Assembly (NCBI GenBank): GCA_963716175.1
Contig: OY970296.1
Span: 896,001-960,000, forward strand
Direction of reading: 5' to 3'
From: an uncultured Armatimonadetes bacterium
GTDB lineage: Bacteria; Armatimonadota; Hebobacteria; Hebobacterales; Hebobacteraceae
Length of the DNA stretch: 64,000 bases
Shown: one piece after another, positions 56,931 to 64,000 of the stretch
Layout: each line of letters begins with the position of its first letter
How positions within the stretch are numbered: position 1 is the stretch's first letter
Made by a program: the position numbers and the translations under genes
The notes under the pieces: generated by a model
Told to the model about the DNA's origin: nothing
What the model saw: the letters and a program-made list of their open reading frames with translations, nothing else
The model's database searches: none

Positions 56931-57056
56931 CGCCCGGCAGGGCGGGCAGGCCTGTGCATGCCCGGCGCAGCATCGGTGTCATCTGCGAGATCTGCAGACT
57001 AACCGCTGGGCAGGTCCACGACCTGCCCAGCCGGCCTATCGCCTGAGGAGCAGACG

Positions 57057-58106
57057 TTGGCGGATCAACCACTCGGAGTCGGCCTCATCGGCTGCGGCGA
57101 CATCGCTCCCGCGCATGCCCAGGCCATTGCCCGGGTCCCCGGACTGAGGCTAGCGGCCTGCATGGATGTCGTGGCATCCTCCGCCAAGGGCCTGGCCGAA
57201 GAATACGGGATTCCCTACACGACCGAGGCCGAGGAGCTGGTCTCCCGCCAGGATGTGGACGTAGTGACGGTGGCCACTCCGGCCTTCACCCATGCCGACC
57301 TGGTCGCGCTGGCAGCGCGGGTCGGGAAGGCCGTGATCTGCGAGAAGCCCCTCGCCCCCGACCTGGCCTCCGCCGACCGGCTGATCGCGGCCTGCGCCCG
57401 GGCGAAAGTGGCGCTGGCCACGTGCTTCCCGCTGCGCTACCTCGGCGCCGCCGAGTGGGTGCGCGAGCTGCTGGCGGCCGGCGCCCTGGGGAAGGTCTTC
57501 GAGATTCGGCTCGCCGACCTCAGCGAGAAGCCCCTGTCGTACTGGACCGGCGGCTACTCCGGCCGCACCCAGACCGACTGGCGCAAGTCCAAGGCCAGCA
57601 GCGGCGGTGGCGTGGTGATCACCAACCTGACCCACCACCTCGATCTGGCGCGATCGCTCACCGGATTCGAGGTCACCCGGGTCTACGCCCAGGCCGGCAC
57701 CTTTTGCACCGTCACCGAGGTGGAGGACTTGGCGCTGGCCGCGGTCCGCTACGACCGCGGCGCGGTCGGGCTGGTTGACGGCTGCTCCTGCTTTTTCGGG
57801 GGAGAGGCCGGCTGGCACCTCACGCTGCTGGGAACCAAGGGCCAGGCTCGCTTCGCCTTCTACAGCGGCAAGTCGGAGGTGTTTCTCACCGAGGCTGCCG
57901 CCGGCCTCCCGGCGCGGGAGTGGGTGAAGCGCGAGTTCAAGGGCTCTGGCTACGGCCTCACTGGGTTCTATACTGACTTCGCCGGCGCCCTCCGCGCCGG
58001 CAACCCACCTCCCGTCACCGGAGAAGACGGCCGCAGGGCCCTCGAGATCGTCGTCGCCATCTACCGTTCGGCGGAGACCGGAAGGCCGGTAGAGCTGCCG
58101 TTGTAG
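57057..58106 (+). CDS. Gfo/Idh/MocA family oxidoreductase
   Basis: IGCGDIA, CEKP, GGGVVI...HHLD, EVED, AIYRSA. Confidence 0.93.
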   Translation: MADQPLGVGLIGCGDIAPAHAQAIARVPGLRLAACMDVVASSAKGLAEEYGIPYTTEAEELVSRQDVDVVTVATPAFTHADLVALAARVGKAVICEKPLAPDLASADRLIAACARAKVALATCFPLRYLGAAEWVRELLAAGALGKVFEIRLADLSEKPLSYWTGGYSGRTQTDWRKSKASSGGGVVITNLTHHLDLARSLTGFEVTRVYAQAGTFCTVTEVEDLALAAVRYDRGAVGLVDGCSCFFGGEAGWHLTLLGTKGQARFAFYSGKSEVFLTEAAAGLPAREWVKREFKGSGYGLTGFYTDFAGALRAGNPPPVTGEDGRRALEIVVAIYRSAETGRPVELPL

Positions 58107-58126
58107 GGTGGGCGCGCCTGCGTCCC

Positions 58127-59025
58127 TCACACGAAGAACATCGGGTTCGACCAGGCCCACCGCCCTTCCAGATCCCGGCACTCCACGCGCAGGTACTGCT
58201 CGTGGCCCTCCAGGCGATAGCTGGCCTGGCTGATGGTGGGGCCGGCCATCGCCCAGGCGCTGCCGCCGGCCCATCGCTGGGCGATGAAGTTGATTTTCTT
58301 CACCGGTGAGGTGGACGCGGTCACCACGCCGTCGCTGACGCTGATGTCGTGGATCGTAGGGCCCCAGGACGAGTAGAACAGCCCCTCCCGCAGCGCACGC
58401 AGCACCGCCTCTCGGCTCAGCTCCGTGGCCTTCACCATCACCCAGGCACGGGCGGTGTCGGTGGGACGACGGTCGCTGGGGCGATGATGCGCGTCATCCA
58501 CCGCGAACCCCCACATCCGCAGATTCCGGCCCAGCGCATCATCCCAGTGTGCCGTCGAGTAACCCTTCCCCAGGTCGAAATCGCACCCGGTGTTGTAGAT
58601 CTCCACCCCCAGATGTCCCTGCCAGCGCACCAGATCGGACACCACCAGGCCCGACCAGGCGGGGTGCGCGATCAGCGCATCTCCCCCCGCTGCTTGACCC
58701 ACGTGATCGCCTCCGGCACAGTGGGGTTTTCCGGCACCAGGTCGGCCCTGGCGAGGCCGAAACCTACGACATGCACGCTCTCCCCAATGTCGCTGCGGTC
58801 TCCGTCGAGCTCGACACCTAGCAGCGACAGATAGTCATCTCCCTCCACGCCGGGCGCCTCCGTCACGGTCCCGTGGTCGGTGATCGCGACGAAGTCATAG
58901 CCGGCCTGCCGGTAGCGCCGGATCACCTCCCCTGGCTCGAGCTGCCCGTCCGACCTGGTGGTGTGCACGTGCAGGCTTCCCTTATACCACCGGCCAGGCG
59001 CGGTAAAAGGATTGGCGAAATCCAT
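58127..59025 (-). CDS. PHP-domain (CehA/McbA-like) metallohydrolase (frameshift at the run 58683-58688)
   Basis: LHVHTTRSDG, ITDH, GVE in one frame; AHPAWS, VEIYN, DDAH, AWSNP in the next; one added G restores the gene. Confidence 0.85.
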
Positions 59026-59043
59026 GATCCCTCCTCAGTCCTA

Positions 59044-59093
59044 GTAGCGCAGGTTCCTGACCTGCCGCAGTAGGGCAGGTTCGCAATCTGCCC
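59044..59093. repeat. Tandem GTAG REP palindromes
   Basis: GTAGCGCAGGTTCCTGACCTGC and GTAGGGCAGGTTCGCAATCTGCCC. Confidence 0.6.
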
Positions 59094-59102
59094 AGAGTGC
59101 GA

Positions 59103-60341
59103 TTATCGTCGCGCGGCCCCGGCCACCTTACGAATCGCGGCCGCCATGTCTTCCACATCTTTCTCGGCGTAGAACTCGTGCACTGTCAGCACCACGAATT
59201 CTCTCAGCGTCTGCTCGGCGTTAGGGCACAACCCAGGGGCGTACTCCACCCGTCGCGAGGCGCAGGAGCAATCGAAGGGGTGATGGGACTTGCCGAACGT
59301 GATCTGCTTCCTCAGCGCGTCGAACAGATACAGCGGGGTGCTCGCCAGCCAGATCCAGCAGGAGACGCCCTCGGCGTTGAGCGCGGCGATGAAGCGCTCC
59401 CGCGGCATCCCGAACTCGCGCTCTCGAATGCGCAGCGGGTAGTACCAGTAGGTGTTTCCCGAGACCTTGCTGTCCGGCGGAGGGTAGAGGCCCGGGATGC
59501 CCGCGATCCGCTGAGAGAGCAGATCTCCCAGCGCCCGGCGGCGCGCCACCACCTGCTCCACCTTCCCCAGTTGCGCCAGCACCACCGCGGACTGCAGCTC
59601 GGTGATGCGGTAGTTCATCGCCAGAAAGGCGTGCCCGCGGTCATCCGCGTCGCGGTCCCATCCCTTATCGGAGAACATCCGGGCGTGGTGCGCCAGGTCA
59701 TCCCGATTCGTCACCACCAGCCCGCCATCGCCGCACGTGATGTGCTTCGATTGCTGCAGGCTGAAGGCGCCCATCTCGCCCATCGTCCCCACCAGCCTCC
59801 CCCGGTAGCTGGTGAGATAGGCCTGGGCGCAGTCCTCGATGATGGCGATGCCATGCTCCCGGCCCATCGCCAGAAACTCGTCCATCTCCGCCGCCATCCC
59901 CCAGAGATGCACCACGATGATCGCCCGCGTGCGCGGGGTGATGGCGGCTCGCACCGCCTTCGGGTCCAGCAGGTATCCGTCCTTCACCACGTCGGCGAAG
60001 ATAGGAATCGCGTTCTGGTAGATGATGCCAATCACGGTCCCCATGTCGGTCATGGAGGTCGTGATGATCTCATCTCCCGGGTCGGGGTTGATGCAGGCCA
60101 CCGCAGTGTGGATCGCCGCCGTGCCCGAGGTGACGGCGTGGGCGTGCTTCACTCCCAGCAGGGCCGCAAACCGCTTCTCCACCTGCTCGGTCTTCTTCCC
60201 ACCGACCCGGAACAGATTCCCGGAGTGCACCACATCGGCCAGATGTGCCATTTCCTCCTCGCCGAAGCCTGCTGCCCGCGAGGGGAATGGCTTGCTCCGT
60301 ACCGGTGTCCCGCCATCTATCGCCAGCCGCTCACTCATCAC
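59103..60341 (-). CDS. DegT/DnrJ/EryC1/StrS family aminotransferase
   Basis: LAIDGG, SGTAAIH, IEDCAQA, FSLQQSKHITCGDGG, NYRITE. Confidence 0.94.
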   Translation of the reverse strand: MMSERLAIDGGTPVRSKPFPSRAAGFGEEEMAHLADVVHSGNLFRVGGKKTEQVEKRFAALLGVKHAHAVTSGTAAIHTAVACINPDPGDEIITTSMTDMGTVIGIIYQNAIPIFADVVKDGYLLDPKAVRAAITPRTRAIIVVHLWGMAAEMDEFLAMGREHGIAIIEDCAQAYLTSYRGRLVGTMGEMGAFSLQQSKHITCGDGGLVVTNRDDLAHHARMFSDKGWDRDADDRGHAFLAMNYRITELQSAVVLAQLGKVEQVVARRRALGDLLSQRIAGIPGLYPPPDSKVSGNTYWYYPLRIREREFGMPRERFIAALNAEGVSCWIWLASTPLYLFDALRKQITFGKSHHPFDCSCASRRVEYAPGLCPNAEQTLREFVVLTVHEFYAEKDVEDMAAAIRKVAGAARR

Positions 60342-61280
60342 GCTCTCCCCGCTTCAGGTCTTTTTGCAGCACCGCGTACCGCCGCACGATCTGCCAGCCA
60401 GCCGCGATGTAGAATCCCGTGTTCGCCCAGCCCGCGGACATCGTTTCCGACCCCGCTTCCCGAGCCCGCGTCATGCACTCCAGCAGCAGCAGGAGTCCAT
60501 AGCCCTGCCCCCGCTCCCGCCGCAGCACCAGGATGGGCCCGAAAGCCGCCGCGGGGCCATCGGCCGGTAGCGCGCCCAGCCCACGATCTCGCCCTTCCGC
60601 CGCAGCAGCAGTGTGTTCGCATCCGCCTCCGCATAGCGCGCTTCCCAGCCCACCGGGAACCACTCCGAGGCCTTGCCTTCGGCCACGAACTTGCGGAACT
60701 CGGGCAACCGCGCCGGCTCCCAGGTGATCAGCTCGACTCCCGCACCCACCCGCTCTCGCACCTGCGCCAGCCGCGCGGCATGCGCGGCGTCCCGAAGATC
60801 AACTGCCACATCCTCGATCGTCCTCACATCGCGGTAGCCGTGCCGGCCCAGCACCTCCCGCAGCCGCAGATACCGCACATCGAGGCCGGGAAAGACGTGG
60901 CGGCCGGTGTAGATCGTGACCATCAGCTCGTGCTTGCCGGCCTCCGCGCAGTAGGCCTCGGCCGCCGCCAGCAAGTTCTGCGCCGCGGCGTCCCCGCGCT
61001 CTCCCTCCGCCACGAAGAAGCCCTTGAGGAAGCCCCGCCCGGATTCCCAGTCATGGCCTCCGCCATCCCTTCCGGGCACGTCGCGCCGCACCACGCAGGC
61101 GCTGAAGCCGCAGACCTCGCCCGCCTCTTCCGCCACCACCAGCCCTTCCGGCTCGTAGTTCGGGTCTTCCAGCATCACCCCGCGGAACCGCTCCTCGCTG
61201 AGCTGGTTGTGGATCATTGCCTGGTTCCAGGCGGCGAGCACGCGGGGCAGGTCTTCACTCCTCAGCGGCCGGGTCTGCAT
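60331..61280 (-). CDS. Tandem GNAT acetyltransferase (frameshift near 60562)
   Basis: First GNAT half (VCGF, LLAAAE); the second motif A FGPILVLRRERGQGYG...FY..AGW is in another frame. Confidence 0.8.
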
Positions 61281-61442
61281 GGTTGCACCTTCCTGTGCCG
61301 AGACGCGCGCCCCTGGGATTTCGGCATCCTCAACTCGGCCCCCTGTTTTCCGCGAGGCAGGACTCGCCGCCAGCTCCAGCGAACTTGGCGGCGCAATGCC
61401 TGCGGCGGCTGCATGCCCGCGAGTGAAACCAGGAGGCGGTAA

Positions 61443-62744
61443 GTGCAAGATAAGCCAAAGATTGCCATGATCGGAGCCGGGAGTGTGGTCTTCGCGCGGA
61501 GTCTGCTCGGGGACATCATGTCCTGGCCCGAGCTGAAAGAGCCCCACATCGCCTTGATGGACATCAACCCTGACCGCCTGGAGGTGGCCGAGCTGATGGC
61601 CAAGAAGGTGGCCGAGGCCCTGGGCGCGCGGCCCAAGATCACGGCCCACAAGACGCGCCAGCCGGCGCTGGAGGGCGCCGATTACGTGATCAACACCATC
61701 CAGGTCGGCGGCTTCCCGGCCACCAAGATTGACTTCGAGGTGCCCAAGAAGCATGGCTTCCGCCAGACCATCGCCGACACCAACGGCATCGGCGGCATCT
61801 TCCGCGCGCTGCGCACCATGCCGGTGATGGTGGAGATCGCCCGCGAGATGGAGCGGCTCTGCCCCCGCGCCATCTTCATCAACTACGCCAACCCCATGGC
61901 CATGGTCTGCTGGGCGGTGCTGCGAGCAACCAGCATCCAGACCGTCGGCCTCTGCCACAGCGTCCAGGGCACGGCCTGGCAGTTGGCCCGCTATATGGGT
62001 ATCGCCCCGGAGCAGTTAGTCTACCGCGCGGCCGGCATCAACCACATGGACTTCTACCTGAAGCTGGAGTACCGGGGCCGGGATGCTTACCCGCGTCTGC
62101 GCAAGGCGATGCAGGACCCCGGGATCTTCGGCAAGGACCCGGTGCGATTCGAGGTGATGCGGCGGCTGGGCTACTTCGTGAGTGAGTCCAGCGAGCACTT
62201 CTCGGAATATGTCCCCTGGTTCATCCGCCGCGACGCGCCGGAGCTGATTGATCGCTACCAGATCCCCCTGGACGAGTATATCAGGCGCTGCATCAACTCG
62301 GATAAGCGGTGGAAGCAGACCCGGGCGCGGATGAAGAGCAAGGAGCCACTAGAGGTTCACCGCAGCCACGAGTACTGCGGCTATATCCTGCACGCCCACG
62401 AGACCGGCGAGACCTGCATGGTCTACGGCAATGTGCTGAATCATGGGATCATCACCAACCTGCCCCAGGGCTGCTGCGTGGAGGTGCCTTGCCTGGTGGA
62501 TCGCAATGGCATCCAGCCCTGCTACGTCGGTGACTTGCCGCCACAGCTCGCGGGGGTGATCCGCAACACGGTCAATGTCCACGAGCTGACCGTGGAGGCC
62601 TTCTTCTCGGGAAAGAAGGACCACGTCTACCAGGCCGCCCTGCTCGACCCTCATGCCGCGGCAGAGCTGACCATGGACGAGATCTACTCATTAGTGGACG
62701 ACCTCTTCGCCGCCCACGGAAAGATGGTGCCGAAACTGAAGTAG
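61443..62744 (+). CDS. melA: GH4 alpha-galactosidase
   Basis: IGAGSVVF, QTIADT, NYANPM, VGLCHSVQGT, AGINH, SESSEHFSEY, VEVPC. Confidence 0.93.
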   Translation: MQDKPKIAMIGAGSVVFARSLLGDIMSWPELKEPHIALMDINPDRLEVAELMAKKVAEALGARPKITAHKTRQPALEGADYVINTIQVGGFPATKIDFEVPKKHGFRQTIADTNGIGGIFRALRTMPVMVEIAREMERLCPRAIFINYANPMAMVCWAVLRATSIQTVGLCHSVQGTAWQLARYMGIAPEQLVYRAAGINHMDFYLKLEYRGRDAYPRLRKAMQDPGIFGKDPVRFEVMRRLGYFVSESSEHFSEYVPWFIRRDAPELIDRYQIPLDEYIRRCINSDKRWKQTRARMKSKEPLEVHRSHEYCGYILHAHETGETCMVYGNVLNHGIITNLPQGCCVEVPCLVDRNGIQPCYVGDLPPQLAGVIRNTVNVHELTVEAFFSGKKDHVYQAALLDPHAAAELTMDEIYSLVDDLFAAHGKMVPKLK

Positions 62745-62766
62745 GGGCGTGATTCATCACGCCCCC
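62741..62766. repeat. GTAG REP hairpin supplying the melA stop
   Basis: GTAGGGGCGTGA-TTCA-TCACGCCCC. Confidence 0.65.
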
Positions 62767-62787
62767 GTAAGCCAAAGGAGGCAACCC

Positions 62788-63594
62788 ATGCAGTTCGTCA
62801 TGTTCACCAAGATGCTGAAGGACCTGAACCCCTCGCAGCTCGCCGACACCATCCAGGATCTCGGTTTCGAGGGCTTCGACTTGGCAGTGCGGCCCGGATA
62901 TCCCATCAACCCGGAGAACGTGCGCACCGCGCTGCCGAAGGCCGCGAAGGAGTGGGCGGCGCGCGGGCTCACCGTCGGCCTGGTCACCACCAACTTCGAT
63001 TTCCTGGACCCGACCAAGCCGGAGGTCGAGCCCCTGCTCGCCGCCTGCGCCGAGATCGGCTGCCGCCGCATCAAGCTCGGCTACTGGGTGTGGAAGGGCG
63101 AACCCTACTGGGAGGGCGTGGACAAGGTTCGCAAGGCCCTGGCCGGTTTCGAGAAGCTATGCGCCAAGCATGATGTCTGCGTCGCCTCCCACACCCACTC
63201 CGGCCCCTACTACGGCTCCAACTGCGCCGGCGCCATGCACCTGGTGAAGGGCTTTGACCCCCGCTACGTCGGGGTCTATATTGACCCGGGCCATCTGGCC
63301 GTGGACGGCGAGGATGTGCCCATGGCCGTGAGCATGGTGAAGGACTACCTCTGCCTGGTCGCGGTCAAGAGCCCGGCCTGGTTCAAGACCGAGAAGGGCG
63401 GCCAGGTGAAATGGCATCACCCCCTGGTGCCGCTGCGCGAGGGCATCGTGGACTGGAAGCAAGCGCTGGATCAGCTCAAGTCCATCAACTACGACGGCCC
63501 CATCAGCCTGCACAGCGAATACGAGAACATCCCCCCGGAGGAGACCATCCGCCTCACCCGGGACGACCTGGCGTATATGAAGTCGCTCATGTAG
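62788..63594 (+). CDS. Sugar phosphate isomerase/epimerase (TIM barrel)
   Basis: RBS AAGGAGG, DLAVRPG, HTHSG, DPGH, GPISLHSEY. Confidence 0.9.
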   Translation: MQFVMFTKMLKDLNPSQLADTIQDLGFEGFDLAVRPGYPINPENVRTALPKAAKEWAARGLTVGLVTTNFDFLDPTKPEVEPLLAACAEIGCRRIKLGYWVWKGEPYWEGVDKVRKALAGFEKLCAKHDVCVASHTHSGPYYGSNCAGAMHLVKGFDPRYVGVYIDPGHLAVDGEDVPMAVSMVKDYLCLVAVKSPAWFKTEKGGQVKWHHPLVPLREGIVDWKQALDQLKSINYDGPISLHSEYENIPPEETIRLTRDDLAYMKSLM

Positions 63595-63661
63595 GGGCGG
63601 GATTCATCCCGCCCGCCTTTCGTCTGTCGCCGTAGGGGCGGGGTCTGCGGACCTCGCCCCT
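63591..63661. repeat. Two tandem GTAG REP hairpins
   Basis: GTAGGGGCGGGATTCATCCCGCCC and GTAGGGGCGGGGTC...GACCTCGCCCCT. Confidence 0.65.
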
Positions 63662-63683
63662 CTGCATCTCAACAGTTCCCCCT

Positions 63684-63713
63684 TTGACCCTTCACCCTCC
63701 ACCCGACTATAAT
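63684..63713 (+). promoter_or_regulatory. Sigma70 promoter of serS
   Basis: TTGACC-18 nt-TATAAT followed by RBS AGGAGG. Confidence 0.75.
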
Positions 63714-63733
63714 CACCCCCGACAGGAGGCCTT

Positions 63734-64000
63734 ATGCTCGACCTTCGACTCACCCGCTCCGACCCCGAGTTGGTCCGCCGCGGCGTGAAGCGCCGCGGCT
63801 ATGATGACGCGCCCCTGGATGCTCTCATCAAGGCCGATGAGCGACGCCGCGCCTTGCTCACCGAGGTCGAGGCCCTCAAGGCCGAGCGCAACCGGGTGAG
63901 CGACGAGATCGCGAAGATCAAGCAGCAGAAAGGCGAGGCCGGCGAGTTGATCGCCGAGATGAGGCGCGTCGGCGACCGCATCAAGGCCCTGGATGGGCAG
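63734..64000 (+). CDS. serS: Seryl-tRNA synthetase, 5' part (not in the ORF track; runs off the window)
   Basis: Translated by hand: MLDLRLTRSDPELVRRGVKRRG...DERRRALLTEVEALKAERNRVSDEI, the SerRS N-terminal coiled-coil arm. Confidence 0.92.
   Translation, partial: MLDLRLTRSDPELVRRGVKRRGYDDAPLDALIKADERRRALLTEVEALKAERNRVSDEIAKIKQQKGEAGELIAEMRRVGDRIKALDGQ

Noticed and set aside
59097-61442. Long antisense ORFs (781 aa here; also 34221-35804, 32252-33826, 48801-50240, 16790-17875)
   Set aside because: Shadow frames of well-supported genes in high-GC DNA, with no motifs.
59044-63661. GTAG repeats as a CRISPR array
   Set aside because: They are dispersed, variable hairpins with no regular repeat-spacer period and no cas genes.
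63595-63733. T-box riboswitch upstream of serS
   Set aside because: The promoter is only 20 nt from the start codon, leaving no room for a leader, and no T-box motif is present.

Overview
GC-rich chromosomal window from a diderm bacterium. The gene repertoire (tamB-bamA-skp-lpxD, several URO-D-like, Gfo/Idh/MocA and xylose-isomerase-like TIM-barrel genes, and the style of the Rhs core) suggests Armatimonadota or a similar lineage; this is an inference. Most of the window is housekeeping and sugar metabolism: an outer-membrane biogenesis operon with an embedded ECF sigma factor, lipA, accB-hom-thrC, purC, apgM-tilS, a Pit transporter, GH38/GH94/GH4 glycosidases and the 5' end of serS. Two accessory regions stand out. 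(1) At 24.3-27.2 kb, a single-gene insert encodes a class III nucleotide-cyclase domain fused to 14 contiguous 32-aa pentatricopeptide (PPR)-like repeats and a TPR-like tail. It is bracketed by a duplicated 3' end of the neighbouring ATPase gene. This is the best candidate for an undescribed system, possibly an RNA-sensing cyclic-nucleotide signalling or defence protein. (2) At 14.6-18.8 kb, a decayed Rhs polymorphic-toxin locus holds a glycine-rich toxin tip, a remnant of a homologous tip, two related membrane immunity candidates, an FGE-domain protein and two copies of a ~230-bp TGT-ended IS-like head. Also present are a 126-bp MITE-like element in two copies with a compensatory base change, many GTAG-type REP palindromes that supply stop codons, and four to six single-base frameshifts that are probably sequencing errors. 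No rRNA, tRNA or CRISPR array was seen. No database searches were run, so all family calls rest on motif recognition.
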